A stretch of 64,000 nt of DNA. Source: Tortispora ganteri (taxonomy: Eukaryota). The DNA lies in the NCBI GenBank assembly GCA_003707115.1, contig PPNB01000004.1, forward strand, positions 434,001-498,000, given 5' to 3'. A program made the position numbers and the translations under genes. Of the stretch, positions 45,130 to 56,806 are shown in pieces. The notes under the pieces were generated by a model that did not search any database, was not told the DNA's origin, and saw only the letters and a list, made by a program, of their open reading frames with translations. The first letter of the stretch is position 1. Every line of letters begins with the position of its first letter.

Positions 45130-46023
45130 ATGGGTTTTGCGACTCTTCTTCCTATATCCGGCGAATGGAAACAAGACATAAAAAATTGGCTATCAGAGGA
45201 TGTTCCGGCCTTTGATATTGGTGGATATGTAGTCGGAGAAGATAAACGCACTGGATCGCTCTACTGCAAACAGGCAGGAACCATAGCAGGTATACCTTTT
45301 GCACAACAGGTGTATGATGAATGCAACTTGCAAGTCGAATGGAACTACACCGAAGGATTTGAAGTGACCGCCGAACTATTGAAATCTTCAGGTGGAAAAA
45401 TTGTAGTAGCGAAAGTGTTTGGACGCGTTTGCGATATTCTCTTGGCCGAGAGGACCTCGCTAAATATTCTCGCTCGCGCTTCCGGTATTGCTACTGCGTC
45501 CAGTAATATCATCTCATTGGCAAGAGAATCAGGTTATAAAGGAATCATTGCAGGTACACGCAAAACCACCCCTGGTCTAAGAAGGTTGGAAAAGTATGCT
45601 ATGCTAGTCGGTGGCATCGACACTCACAGATATGATCTCAGCTCAATGGTTATGCTCAAAGATAATCATGTTGAGGCTGCTGGTTCTATAACTGATGCAG
45701 TAAAGAAGGCTCGTTCTGCTGCAGGGTTTTCAATTAAAATAGAAGTTGAATGTTGCTCTGAAGACCAAGCAGATGAAGCTATATCTGCCGGTGCCGACAT
45801 AATTATGCTTGATAACTTCACATACGATGGCCTCAAAATTGCTGCTGCTTCCCTGAAATCAAAATGGTCGCATAAAAACGTTCTACTTGAATGTTCAGGT
45901 GGACTCCGTGCTGACAACATATCAAGCTATTTGTGTAATGATATTGATATATATTCTACTTCTTCAGTTCATCAAGGGACTGGAGTTATTGATTTCAGCC
46001 TCAAAATTGACCCCATAAGCTAA
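45130..46023 (+). CDS. BNA6: Quinolinate phosphoribosyltransferase (NAD biosynthesis)
   Basis: [47 protein letters not shown] and ECSGG. Confidence 0.97.
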   Translation: MGFATLLPISGEWKQDIKNWLSEDVPAFDIGGYVVGEDKRTGSLYCKQAGTIAGIPFAQQVYDECNLQVEWNYTEGFEVTAELLKSSGGKIVVAKVFGRVCDILLAERTSLNILARASGIATASSNIISLARESGYKGIIAGTRKTTPGLRRLEKYAMLVGGIDTHRYDLSSMVMLKDNHVEAAGSITDAVKKARSAAGFSIKIEVECCSEDQADEAISAGADIIMLDNFTYDGLKIAAASLKSKWSHKNVLLECSGGLRADNISSYLCNDIDIYSTSSVHQGTGVIDFSLKIDPIS

Positions 46024-46225
46024 TCGCTTATCATATTTGGCCTACTAATGTTTTATGCCAGTTTTTTATTTATATACATTTGTGTTTTCTTTCTATTTGT
46101 TTATTTTTTTGAGGTAATCATTTATGTATAGCTGTAGCTTGCTGTTGATGGGACGATCATCAGATCCCAGGTTCATTACTGCACACTGACGGCAAGTCTG
46201 CACTATACTATATATTCATGTGAAG

Positions 46226-47218
46226 ATGGCAATAATTAGCCTTAAATCGCTTCCATTTGACGTGTTTTTGTTAATATCACGTCATCTTAATCGTTCAGAT
46301 TTGATCAATTTGCTTTCCACTTCTGCTCACTTTTTGACATTACTCTTCCCGCTGATTTCACGCGAACTTTACCTCGAATCATGGAATTCTCTTCACACAT
46401 TGTTTCCTGAATTATCCATAGATGGAAATATCTGTGGAGGCATCGCATTTGTACAAGCTCTAAATGAAAGTAATCATGCAATACCCTCTACGCTACTTCA
46501 ACCGTATCTGAGCCCTTTTGATCTTACTTCAATTAGAAAGATCCGCGTTTGTAAATCCTCTCCTAAAGGCGAATGGCATTGTAATGATGCATTGGCAAAA
46601 CTGTTATCACTTTGCCCTAATGTGCACTCTTTGGAATTATGCTTAACCGGCTCTTCTGGGCCGTTCAGTCTTTTTCGAGGAATGGATCAGATTACATCTC
46701 TCACAGTACATTCGCGTCCTCGTCTTCCTGAACTTATGCCTATACAGCCCTTTTACATTGAAGATATTCAACAATTCAAATATCTTTCTTATCTGAGTAT
46801 TGACTCATTTATGCTTCATGGGCGTGAATATTCACAAGTATCGTGCTTATCAACTATTAATTCTTTGCATCTGTATAATGTTACATGGGAGTATCCTACC
46901 TCTCTGCTCATCTTCAAATCTTTAGAAGACTTGCATCTTGTTTACTCTAAAGATCCAGGTCCTCTCCCGCGTACTTTTTTGCTTTCTGAGAGGTTCAAAC
47001 ATTTCCTTTCCACCGTTCATCCAACCATACATTCCCTTTTCTTATACATCAACACCCATTTCGCTTTTCAGCCACCATGGATCCTGACAAATCAAGATTT
47101 ATCTCCTATGAATATTAGCTTCTTATCAATAACGGGCAATATCGTTACAAAATTGAACCCATCTTGCTTGCTAGAAGTTAAGCAGATCACAAATTCTCTT
47201 TCAGCGGACCTATCATGA
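46226..47218 (+). CDS. F-box-like protein with Leu-rich repeats
   Basis: N-terminal LKSLPFDVFLLISRHLNRSDLINLLST F-box pattern and repeated LxxLxL segments. Confidence 0.65.
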   Translation: MAIISLKSLPFDVFLLISRHLNRSDLINLLSTSAHFLTLLFPLISRELYLESWNSLHTLFPELSIDGNICGGIAFVQALNESNHAIPSTLLQPYLSPFDLTSIRKIRVCKSSPKGEWHCNDALAKLLSLCPNVHSLELCLTGSSGPFSLFRGMDQITSLTVHSRPRLPELMPIQPFYIEDIQQFKYLSYLSIDSFMLHGREYSQVSCLSTINSLHLYNVTWEYPTSLLIFKSLEDLHLVYSKDPGPLPRTFLLSERFKHFLSTVHPTIHSLFLYINTHFAFQPPWILTNQDLSPMNISFLSITGNIVTKLNPSCLLEVKQITNSLSADLS

Positions 47219-47310
47219 CATTCGTCTCGGATCATACTTTAAGATCTGCCTATTATGATAACACATAGCTATTAATATGTTATAATATGATAACAAATTT
47301 AAATCTTTTT

Positions 47311-50043
47311 CTAAATTCCCCACTGTTGCTCGAAATCTTGAACTAAAGGTTCAATGAACCCGAGTCCTTCAGCTCCGCGCAATCCGAAATCAACAGGAAT
47401 CTGACCAAGATTGAAAAATTCGCCTCGTGAGGATCCAGCACGCGGTGTAGCACAAGTAGTCTCCCTTCCGGAAATGGTACCATATTTCTGTCCATTATCT
47501 ACAATGGTGTCAATCACTTGGTGTAGTTCAGCGTTCGTGTCATGAATGGCAAGCATTCTGTCAATGACCTCGTGCTGTGCCGTATAGTTATTAGTCGCAA
47601 AATCTGCTGAAACGTCTTGACCTGCAACATCTTGATCAGTATTTTGATCTTGTTTACTAGAAATTTCAGGCTCAGGCACTTCACCTGAATTGCGATCGTT
47701 ATCGCACACCTCGCACATCTGATCCAATATCCTGGCATACACTTGTCCCACATGAACTTCATCTGGTGATGCCTCCCGCAATATTTGCGCAAGTTTCCTC
47801 AACAGGAATACAATTCCCGCATAGGTTGAACCGCTTCGTGAGCCCAGAATATATGCCTTTAGCAAAAATACTGCAGCATGCATTATGTGTGTGACCCATC
47901 TTACAGGCATGTAACGCAACATTCCGAGTACATGATGAATTCGTGAAGCTGTAGATATTACTTCTTTGGCCGCTATTATAGCTTCCTCCAAAAAAGTGTA
48001 CTCCAAAAATTTATCATTGACTTTATTTAGATCCATTAGATCCCTGTCATTTGGAGTTGGTGATAACGCAATAGAAAACACATATAGTTTCGCATATTGA
48101 AACTCCATCCAGAGAGTTTCAGCAGTCATAGTGTGAGCTTCTCTTCTTAATATTTCATTATGATCGGTTATCCACTTCGAAAAATAAGGCTGAAGAACTT
48201 GTAGAACAGCAATGTAACCTTGCGTACGAGTTAGTTGCCGTGTCATTTCACGACTTTTGTAAAGCGCTTTGTACCCAAGAGCTAGTAGTTGTATAATCTC
48301 CATTCTCACCCTGTTAATAGGGGAAATCTCAAACGGTAGTTCATCCATATTTACATCATCCAGCATTGGTGATCTCCCCAAGCGCAATGCAACAATCAGT
48401 TCAGACAAATGACAAGCAATATAGAGTTCTGGAATCTTCAAAGAACCAATATCTTCAGCTAAACGAACTGCAGTACCAACCATAATCCAAGCCATCCTAT
48501 TTGATCTAGATGAGGGGTTTACCAAGCTGTGACGTTCGGAAGAAGAGAAATTGTCCGTCTTAGAAGGTGTCCGACCTTGGCCTTCGTCTTCCGAATTATG
48601 TTCGTCGTCATCCAGTCTCAACTCTGTCACAGATGATAACACAGGACTTTTGGTTTCATCGCAGGTGCATGAGTTTTGAGCTATTCCATCGTTAGCGTAG
48701 TCTTTCCAGCGTTTGTGAATTGCTCTGGGATTCCACTCTGAAGTTAGAAGCAAAGCGATAACAGTACCTAGGGAACGGGTACTAGCTTCAGCCCAAACAG
48801 TACATGAAAAAAGAGACTGGCTGATTGTCCATAGTCTGGAATGTATTCTTAAATTCCGCGAATAAGCCGCATGCAGAGGACATGTCTTGTACTTGTCAGT
48901 TTCCCCTGTTACATTCTCGGGGAGCTCTTTGTCATAGTATCGCGCAGATATGGTCAATATAACATCCAATAAGAGCTCATTTGTAGCTAGTACATTGGGA
49001 TCTCTGTATCTTTCAGGAACAAAGGGGTAGAATGGATGTAGCTTTTCGTAAAAAAAACTAATCAGCGCAAGGGTTTCGTGAACTGTTAGTAGTTTTTTCA
49101 TGATAACGTAAGTGTCAGTTAGAACCTTACTCATTTTTGTTGTGGAAGGCTTAGACCTAAGTCTCGCAGTTGGTGCTTCACCAGCTGTATGCGGAGTATG
49201 TTGATCGCCGTTCATGCTATTTATTGAATTGGATTCATCCTGTATCGCATTTGGTTGGTCCTGTGTTGCCTTGTTGTAAAGGGGCAAATGTGAGGCCGCT
49301 TGAGCCAAAATATCAATCGCATCAGCAGGATTATGCAGCTCGCGTCCTACAACTCCAGAAGTTGCGCTTGACTCTGTGTTGCGCTTTGAGTAAATATCCA
49401 TAGCATTTCCATTAAATGTCCAACCGTCTGGGCCAGCAGAATGGCGAGAAGGGCGCGGCAGAGGTAGTAACATGCTTTCATGTGAGGCTACAGCGGGAGA
49501 AGTATTATTCGGAAGAGTTCTAGAAAATACATGAGTGTCAATATCTGTAATTGCCACAGATGCATTTCTAGACGAAGCGCGCATGAATGGCAGAGCAAAG
49601 ACAGGATCAGAGTCAGAATGGTAGTTGTTCGTTATCGATGACCTATTAGCAGCATGATCAAAAGTATGAACAGATTTTGAGTAATTATTTAACTCTTCTT
49701 GATGAACTGGAGCAAAAGAATTGAATAATTGAAGATTTTCAGATCCCTTAGAAATTTGGGTTTTTTGCTTTTTCAGTAGGCCTTTCTGAATGTTTTCTGC
49801 ACCACCTCTACGACTTTGTACAAACTCGCATGCTTTATTTTCTCTTCTACACCTGACACAAGGCGGGTCGTGTGGAGCATCAATAGGGCCTAGATCACAT
49901 TTTACTTTTCGCTTTCGACAACTGAGGCAAGCTTTGTAGGATCTGGTGAATGTACCTGTGTTCCTGTACGGTTTAGGTGAAGCGCTTGATTCAGCAGAAT
50001 TACTATCATTCTCGAGATTTCTACCTGATTCCAAGTTTTTCAT
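47311..50043 (-). CDS. ARO80: Zn2Cys6 transcription factor Aro80 (aromatic amino-acid catabolism)
   Basis: YKACLSCRKRKVKCDLGPIDAPHDPPCVRCRRE, VWAEASTRSLGT, EWNPRAIH and LRYMPVRW. Confidence 0.9.
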   Translation of the reverse strand: MKNLESGRNLENDSNSAESSASPKPYRNTGTFTRSYKACLSCRKRKVKCDLGPIDAPHDPPCVRCRRENKACEFVQSRRGGAENIQKGLLKKQKTQISKGSENLQLFNSFAPVHQEELNNYSKSVHTFDHAANRSSITNNYHSDSDPVFALPFMRASSRNASVAITDIDTHVFSRTLPNNTSPAVASHESMLLPLPRPSRHSAGPDGWTFNGNAMDIYSKRNTESSATSGVVGRELHNPADAIDILAQAASHLPLYNKATQDQPNAIQDESNSINSMNGDQHTPHTAGEAPTARLRSKPSTTKMSKVLTDTYVIMKKLLTVHETLALISFFYEKLHPFYPFVPERYRDPNVLATNELLLDVILTISARYYDKELPENVTGETDKYKTCPLHAAYSRNLRIHSRLWTISQSLFSCTVWAEASTRSLGTVIALLLTSEWNPRAIHKRWKDYANDGIAQNSCTCDETKSPVLSSVTELRLDDDEHNSEDEGQGRTPSKTDNFSSSERHSLVNPSSRSNRMAWIMVGTAVRLAEDIGSLKIPELYIACHLSELIVALRLGRSPMLDDVNMDELPFEISPINRVRMEIIQLLALGYKALYKSREMTRQLTRTQGYIAVLQVLQPYFSKWITDHNEILRREAHTMTAETLWMEFQYAKLYVFSIALSPTPNDRDLMDLNKVNDKFLEYTFLEEAIIAAKEVISTASRIHHVLGMLRYMPVRWVTHIMHAAVFLLKAYILGSRSGSTYAGIVFLLRKLAQILREASPDEVHVGQVYARILDQMCEVCDNDRNSGEVPEPEISSKQDQNTDQDVAGQDVSADFATNNYTAQHEVIDRMLAIHDTNAELHQVIDTIVDNGQKYGTISGRETTCATPRAGSSRGEFFNLGQIPVDFGLRGAEGLGFIEPLVQDFEQQWGI

Positions 50044-50252
50044 CACTAAAATTAGTTAGTAAGTACTTGGTATTCAGTATCATCCATATATAATGTGGGG
50101 TAGTGTAAAGGTTAAAAGGATCTGCGGTTGATCGGCTGGTTGGGTACCACGCGCACTTACACGAGCGATAGTTGGTAATATAGCAAAGGGCGTATCACAG
50201 CAAAACTGGTCACTGCCAAAATAAACTCAGGTTCTCGTCATTAGTTAATTAT

Positions 50253-51908
50253 TCAATGCACCAAGTTGCTTTGCTCGGTTATGGTCTTCTGAATTTTCGA
50301 CAGTTCATCAGTAACAATAGGCAGTAGCGCCTTAAACCCACACCCCTTAGCCCTTAGCCTTGACTCCTTCAATGACTCCACTGCTTTGTCTAGGTTTCCG
50401 TCATATATAGCAATCTCAGCCAGCCCATATACTGCCATTGCTTTCATAGCATCAATTCCTATCTCCTGGGCATCACCAGTACTCTCGTACATTCCGAGAG
50501 CCAACCCCAAGCCCGATATCTTCTGCGTTCGTAAATCAGTGGTTCCGAGCTTGTCACAGAGAGACAGCACCTCTTTGTACGTATTCTCGCAATTATTTCT
50601 TGTTCGTTCCGCTCGAAGTCTAACAATTTCTGCTGCTGTTGAGTTTCCAGCCTCTTCGTACAATTCTGCCTTTCTTCTCAGGTTTTCGGCAACCATGTAC
50701 AATAAAGAGGCAAAATTATTCTTGCCCAAAAGTACTTCAATAAGCGGCGAGCCAGATCCCATCATAGTGACATTGCAGGTCACCCGTGCTCCGATTGCTC
50801 CTTCTACATCGCCATGCGCCATACGCAGTTTGGAATACGCATCCAAGACCGAGATAAGATGGTCACGATACGGAAGCCAGTCTGGCGGTTCGGTGCCTTT
50901 GATGCTGATTTTTCTAATAGTCTTTTTAGGTGCATCGGCTGGTCCCTCATTGATCGCTAGGCTTGCACTCTCCTGACCACTTGGCGTCATTCCTAAACTA
51001 GTAATTGCATTTTTTATGGTCGTGGAAGTGATAGTTTCTTGCGGCTTGTCAAATACTTGACGGGGCAATCTCAAATCTTGTTGAAACTTTTCCCGTGACA
51101 TTCCGAGCATCAATGCCGATTCCCCCATTGCTATCCTTATTATTGATAATACTTGGGTGTCAACTATACTTGGTGGCCGTTCCGATTCAATAAGAGCTGC
51201 ACGAAGAGCCGCTAGAAGAGCCCTGGTGATGAACTCGCACCTTTCATTTTGTGAATATGGCAGATCAACGTAGGGAGTCAGATCTATTTCGGCATCTTCG
51301 TGTCTATATAAGTTCATACTCCTTAAAGTAAGAAAATAGTGCTCATCTGGCTTCATAAGTTCAGCATCATTGGTTGTTGTATGACTGTATGTGAGTATTG
51401 TGTAGTATATCTGCATGATATCGCTATATATGGCTGAGGCGAGGTCTACTTCACCGACCTTTTCAGCGACTTTTGCAGCCTTTAATAGTATTCCGGTAAA
51501 CTCATCAGATATTGGACTGAGGTATTCCCGCATGGATTGCTCTTGTGCAGCCAATATGAAATAAAGAGCATCCTTTAGAAGCTTAGCAGCTTTGGCCTTG
51601 TCTCTGATTTGATCACTGAGCGGTTTAGCTTGAAGATTTTCCGGGTTAAGCAGCTTGTCCGCATCATACTCCGCTCTCAATCCTTTTCGCAGAGTTTGGG
51701 CTACCTCTTTTGAAAAGGGATGTCTGGGCCAAAACACATAAGCCGCAAGACCCGTTAGTGCAGTAATCGTTAAAGCATACTTAGGCCAAACCCGCTTACG
51801 CGGAGGTTTAATGTAATGCGCATAAGAGCCTACTCTTCTTACAAAACTTATTCTATATGAATAAGTAGCGCATCTTGCAGCATTTCGTGTAATAGATCTC
51901 GAAAGCAT
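50253..51908 (-). CDS. MGR3: Mitochondrial i-AAA protease adaptor Mgr3-like (TPR) protein
   Basis: Arg-rich presequence, single TM, then WPRHPFSKEVAQTLRKGLRAE and PISDEFTGILLK; C-terminal TPR-like helices. Confidence 0.7.
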   Translation of the reverse strand: MLSRSITRNAARCATYSYRISFVRRVGSYAHYIKPPRKRVWPKYALTITALTGLAAYVFWPRHPFSKEVAQTLRKGLRAEYDADKLLNPENLQAKPLSDQIRDKAKAAKLLKDALYFILAAQEQSMREYLSPISDEFTGILLKAAKVAEKVGEVDLASAIYSDIMQIYYTILTYSHTTTNDAELMKPDEHYFLTLRSMNLYRHEDAEIDLTPYVDLPYSQNERCEFITRALLAALRAALIESERPPSIVDTQVLSIIRIAMGESALMLGMSREKFQQDLRLPRQVFDKPQETITSTTIKNAITSLGMTPSGQESASLAINEGPADAPKKTIRKISIKGTEPPDWLPYRDHLISVLDAYSKLRMAHGDVEGAIGARVTCNVTMMGSGSPLIEVLLGKNNFASLLYMVAENLRRKAELYEEAGNSTAAEIVRLRAERTRNNCENTYKEVLSLCDKLGTTDLRTQKISGLGLALGMYESTGDAQEIGIDAMKAMAVYGLAEIAIYDGNLDKAVESLKESRLRAKGCGFKALLPIVTDELSKIQKTITEQSNLVH

Positions 51909-52280
51909 GCAAGCAGTATACAATGAGAATCCAAGCAGAGGTGAGCGTTATTTCGAGAGGTGTTTGGAGCGGCAAACGCTCATATTGGGTGATCCCTTTT
52001 TGCATAGTAACAACAATAACGAAGACTCAGCATTGGAATGTGATAATGAAGCAATTGCATGTGCTTTTCTCTTTCATTATATGGAAGTTTTCCCTTATAT
52101 GAAAACACGAATTACCAATTAGTGCACAAGTTGCATTATGAAATAATGCATAGCTACATCTGTATGAAAGTGTTGCTGCTAATAGGGTTTCTTCTTATGC
52201 TCTGAAGCCCTCTCACCAACATCTATATTTCATAAAAGCCTTATATTATTTTGGTTCGCCTATATAGCTGCTAATTCTGT

Positions 52281-54575
52281 ATGTCTTCTACTAAATCAAG
52301 CTCTTCTTTACCAGCGGGAACCAGAAGAACTGCTGTCTCTGTAGGACCGAATGGCATGCGACCTAGGAGCTCTAAAAGCTCATCCGGAAGCTATCCAATC
52401 CTCAGATCTAATGACCCTCCTATTGCCTTAGCAGAGCATCGTCTTTTTTCAAGCTCGCCTGTACATAGTTCTCACTATCTTACTGATCTCACCTTGAATA
52501 CAATTGGGAAAACCCCATCTTCTAAGTCACTTGAACGCCCCGGATCTCGGAGCGGACGGCCCGTCAATCGTCCTAGATATCCGGCTGAACCCTCAATTAT
52601 TCCCGCTAAACCTCACACAGTGATGTCCAAAAGTTATGTTGATCCTAAGTCATACATTAAGCCAGCAGAATCATCTTTTAATACCCATATAAACCAGAGA
52701 GTCCTACGCAACGAATCTTTTCCTTTTTCGCGAAACAAAGCTAGCTCATCCGCTCCAAATATAGCTGCTCCGACTGTCTTTTCTTCACCTCGAAACAGAA
52801 GCGATACCACTCTAAACAAAACCGATTTTCCAAAGACTGACAATTTTCTATCGCTAGAAGTCACCGAAAACATTCCTTTTAGCGTTGGTCCTCCCTCAGC
52901 CAGTTCTTTTAAAGATAAGCTGGATAGTTTTACTAATACCACTTCTTCTTCTTCAACTGATGGAGAAACAGAAATCACAGGCCACTCGCAAAGCAATTAC
53001 TCTTCATCGTGTGATGATCTTATACCGCAGAATAGTCTCCAACCCGTAGGCAAGGGGAGGTCATCGCCGCAACCATCCTGCTCTCAAGGGAATACCGGGA
53101 ATAGCTCGATTTCAGAAACTTCCGAGGAAAGCTTCAACAGACTATCTGGAAAAGCTAATGAAGCGAGCGGTATAATGATGTCAGGATCTTCTGATCCAAT
53201 CCTAAACAAGTCAAACAGTCCAGCAAACAGTGATTTTAGCGAATCGCTTGTGCAATTATCTTCCACAGCCCCTTCTCCGAACAAGTCGATAAGAAAAAAC
53301 ATTGAGGACATAAGTTCATTATACGTGAACAATGCAGACCAAAGTCTCGATTACAATGATAGAGAGGACTCGGAAGTCGAATCTGTTCATCAGTGGAAGC
53401 GTATCGGTGACCGTGTGTTTGGAAACTTCTTTCAACTTTCGAAAAAGCTTCGACGTCGTAATATTAAAAGTGACTCTATAGTCAAAGCTAGCCGTGTTTC
53501 ATATCAGCATATAACAGAAACTAGGAAGCAAGTACAACAAAAAAGTAAGGATGTCTATCTGACTGTATGTGACGTCGTGAAGCGATTTATCGAAAAGCGT
53601 AAGTCATCAAGACTGGTATCACGCTTTGCTGAAAAGAGGAAAAGCAGAAATATAAAGCGTAAAGAAAAAGGACGGCTTGATGGCGATGAAATAATATCTA
53701 CTCAGTATCTTGAATCATCTAATGAGCTTAATAATCAGGCGTCATCAGAATGTCACGAATCACTTGACTTTTTTTCATCGTTAGGGTTTACGCATACTGG
53801 TAATGAAGCATATCCTGGACTGTCTGCAAGTTTACCGGTAACGAATCGACATATTCAATATTCCAGCTTGGAATGTATCAAGGAAGAGAATGAGCGGCAT
53901 GCCTTTGTGTCATTAGATGAGCCCTTATTTTCTAACTCCAGAGCCAATAAAGAAGATGAATTTTCTGCCAAACTACCTAATCTGGAAAACATGGTAGTCA
54001 CTGAGGAAACTTACTATAGCGCTGACTGCAATTCATCCTTGAATTCAGAATTGTATAATGATGCGATAAAAGATATTCCTAACAAGGCTGGACGGATAAC
54101 TAAATCTAAGGTTGAACGGACAAAGAAGAAGTTTGTAAAGGAGATGGTTCATAACGGAGCTGATTCAATAACTGATAATGTGCTTCATACTGGATCAGAT
54201 AATGATTCAGATATATCTGCTACATTTAAAGAAGGTTTGTCGTTGCATTTACGAGCCTTTGAGCGATTAAACGAAGAAGAGCAGCAGAAATTGAGCCGCA
54301 GTTATGAATCTACAAAGAAGCAAGTAGTGGAAACTACACTATCTCCACCGCCAGACTGTGACGAATTGAGAAAAAGATTTTCTAGGTTAAGGGAATTAGA
54401 TTTGCAAAGAAGAAAGCATGAAAATTTAATACGCAATCAAAAGGAGAATGTTCGCAAAACTTATGCGCTTGTTGAGTCTAAAGTTCCACTTTTCACACCT
54501 GTGAAGGAAAGCAATGAACCAGAACTGGGTTTAGAATGGATGAGCAAACAGCTGAAGATACTCGACCGCATCTAA
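52281..54575 (+). CDS. Hypothetical Ser-rich, largely disordered protein with basic patch and C-terminal coiled coil
   Basis: 764-codon open frame; no family recognised. Confidence 0.75.
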   Translation: MSSTKSSSSLPAGTRRTAVSVGPNGMRPRSSKSSSGSYPILRSNDPPIALAEHRLFSSSPVHSSHYLTDLTLNTIGKTPSSKSLERPGSRSGRPVNRPRYPAEPSIIPAKPHTVMSKSYVDPKSYIKPAESSFNTHINQRVLRNESFPFSRNKASSSAPNIAAPTVFSSPRNRSDTTLNKTDFPKTDNFLSLEVTENIPFSVGPPSASSFKDKLDSFTNTTSSSSTDGETEITGHSQSNYSSSCDDLIPQNSLQPVGKGRSSPQPSCSQGNTGNSSISETSEESFNRLSGKANEASGIMMSGSSDPILNKSNSPANSDFSESLVQLSSTAPSPNKSIRKNIEDISSLYVNNADQSLDYNDREDSEVESVHQWKRIGDRVFGNFFQLSKKLRRRNIKSDSIVKASRVSYQHITETRKQVQQKSKDVYLTVCDVVKRFIEKRKSSRLVSRFAEKRKSRNIKRKEKGRLDGDEIISTQYLESSNELNNQASSECHESLDFFSSLGFTHTGNEAYPGLSASLPVTNRHIQYSSLECIKEENERHAFVSLDEPLFSNSRANKEDEFSAKLPNLENMVVTEETYYSADCNSSLNSELYNDAIKDIPNKAGRITKSKVERTKKKFVKEMVHNGADSITDNVLHTGSDNDSDISATFKEGLSLHLRAFERLNEEEQQKLSRSYESTKKQVVETTLSPPPDCDELRKRFSRLRELDLQRRKHENLIRNQKENVRKTYALVESKVPLFTPVKESNEPELGLEWMSKQLKILDRI

Positions 54576-54677
54576 TAAGTGTTGTATTATGAGAGAGTTG
54601 ATAGACTTATTCTTGTATATCTTAGCCCGGGTCTACAAAGAGGCCCAAAACTTAGCATCTACCTTACCCATCAGCAC

Positions 54678-56579
54678 ATGAACAAACATCAGTACAACAC
54701 AACTTATATAATACATAATGAAAATGAGAACGAAGAAATAACAGATAGTGAGCTAGAATTCAATCGGTATTGGGGTCCTTTGAATGATAAATTCAAAGAC
54801 ATCCTTATACGTGCTCATACACAAATCTTCACTGATCTCCTTGACTGGATCAACCGTGACAGCAATAACACGGGTTTGTTAGATGTTGCATTTGTAATTC
54901 AAGAAGACCTTGGCTCTAATGTCGATATCAAAGGAACTCTTCATAAAATCTCGGGTGACAAAGAATCTATTTGCTGGATTAATGTGACATCAGGTACCAC
55001 GAAATCCATAGGACCTCCTATTCGCCATTTTGTGTTGGACGTTTTTTCGCACTTTGCAAAGAAGGGCTACATAGTTGATTTTGATCATCATTCTGCAGGT
55101 GACCTTGATTTTTTGGTACAGTTCTACATAGAAACAGGTATAAATACCACTATTGTAATACACATATCTTCAGCCCTCTGGACGTTCAATCTTCTCTGTG
55201 AGCTATTTTCATACCTACAACTCTTTGCGTCTGATCTGCCCTTGAAGGTGGTTTGCGAAATAGAAGCATCTGCCGAAACCACATTGGCTAATTTTCCTTA
55301 TGCAATACAAAGGCGGTTAAACCTCAAAATGTTTCATACTGCTAAGCCAGCTGAATTACTTCCGCACTTGTTTAACGTCTCTTTCTTTGAACCACAACCA
55401 GGTACAATATGGCTCGGACCAAATGTACTCTATCTTCTCAGCAAATGGTATCATTCGCGATCTCAAACAGTTGAATTGTTTTTGGATACTGTTCAATACT
55501 GTTATATGTGCCATTACTACGATAATCCATTAAGTTTGATTAACAGTCAAACAAAAACATCTATTCGGACGGCGTTTAAAAGTGCACATTATCAATATTT
55601 GAGGTCCGTTCCGACATTTGCTGAGCGAACAAATAACACCGTGACTGACGACAAAGTTCTTCAATCAGCACTTGACGCAAAAATCCATGTAACTACTTAT
55701 TTTCAGGACATGCAAGATGCAATTATTATCTTTCGCAAATTTATGTCTTTAGTAGGTTTCGATACTCCAGAGGAGGACCTTCTTACTGTGATTGCCGATC
55801 TTATGTCAGGAAAACTGAGATTCAAGCTAATTGAAGCGCTTAAAGAACTCTCGACTTTCGATCCAGCCGTCATCAAGGCCAAAATAATGGAGTTCGGTGA
55901 AAGTGCAGAGTTTCCGAAGGATCTTCAAAGTGCAATTGTTAGAATCAAAAATTTTAAGACTGATGAACTACTCACCAATCATTCTGAGGCTCAAGTGAAG
56001 CTACAGAAGTCGAAAAAGCCAAAATTGACACGAAAAGAAAGTGATTCCAAATCACAAAATGCTACAACTAAATGGAAAGAAGTTTTAGCAAATTTTGAGG
56101 CACGCATGGTTAATATGCTTAAACCAATAAATGCTATCCAGTTTTATGAGCTTTATGTCTTTGATGACTATCAACTGATATCTTCGGCGCTTAATCCGGA
56201 ATTTCGAGCACGGATAGACGACGCTCTTCTTCTGCCGCAACGGTATCTCGGGCACCTAACGCTTGAATCATTAGCATATCAGGTTTGCAAAGAAGAGCCA
56301 GCAGAATCTTTATTGCATTACTGGTATGCATCTTTCCTATCGCATTACAGAGATCAGCGTGCGGACGGAGCTTCGAAATCAATGTCTCCAGATGATGATA
56401 AAGATAGCAACGACAATCCAGAAAGCCATGTGGATCAACTTGTGCTGTCCAAATTTTATTATTCAATTGCAGTGCTCCGATTAATGGGTTTGATTGACCT
56501 TCACCAAGCTAGGCGCAATACTGGTCAGTCAATTGCAGGAAAGGAAACAGTGAAACGGGTTTTGTGGCCTGGACTTTGA
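54678..56579 (+). CDS. ORC3: Origin recognition complex subunit 3 (divergent)
   Basis: IWLGPNVL...VQYCYMCHYYDNPLS, FYELYVFD...ALNPEFRARIDDALLLPQRYLG and winged-helix end FYYSIAVLRLMGLI. ATG at 54678. Confidence 0.85.
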   Translation: MNKHQYNTTYIIHNENENEEITDSELEFNRYWGPLNDKFKDILIRAHTQIFTDLLDWINRDSNNTGLLDVAFVIQEDLGSNVDIKGTLHKISGDKESICWINVTSGTTKSIGPPIRHFVLDVFSHFAKKGYIVDFDHHSAGDLDFLVQFYIETGINTTIVIHISSALWTFNLLCELFSYLQLFASDLPLKVVCEIEASAETTLANFPYAIQRRLNLKMFHTAKPAELLPHLFNVSFFEPQPGTIWLGPNVLYLLSKWYHSRSQTVELFLDTVQYCYMCHYYDNPLSLINSQTKTSIRTAFKSAHYQYLRSVPTFAERTNNTVTDDKVLQSALDAKIHVTTYFQDMQDAIIIFRKFMSLVGFDTPEEDLLTVIADLMSGKLRFKLIEALKELSTFDPAVIKAKIMEFGESAEFPKDLQSAIVRIKNFKTDELLTNHSEAQVKLQKSKKPKLTRKESDSKSQNATTKWKEVLANFEARMVNMLKPINAIQFYELYVFDDYQLISSALNPEFRARIDDALLLPQRYLGHLTLESLAYQVCKEEPAESLLHYWYASFLSHYRDQRADGASKSMSPDDDKDSNDNPESHVDQLVLSKFYYSIAVLRLMGLIDLHQARRNTGQSIAGKETVKRVLWPGL

Positions 56580-56806
56580 TGAAAAGAACATTCATTGCAA
56601 GAGCTTGCTTCTGCTTGTTTCGAAAGCTGAATTAACAAACATCTGTGGCTCGCCAACGCGCACATTCTTACACTTTAAACGAATATTAGGGACCGTTTAA
56701 CCAATAGTAGCAGGACTCCGGATAATAAACTCGCACATGAACTTAAAAAGATGTAATACGTGTATTATTGGTGAATTGTAGATAGGTCGAGACCCAGAGA
56801 TCAGTT

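Noticed and set aside
23667..50043. A metabolic gene cluster (NMO, BDH-like, DIP5, ARO80)
   Set aside because: The genes are interspersed with unrelated housekeeping genes, and I saw no Aro80-type CCG direct-repeat arrays in their promoters.
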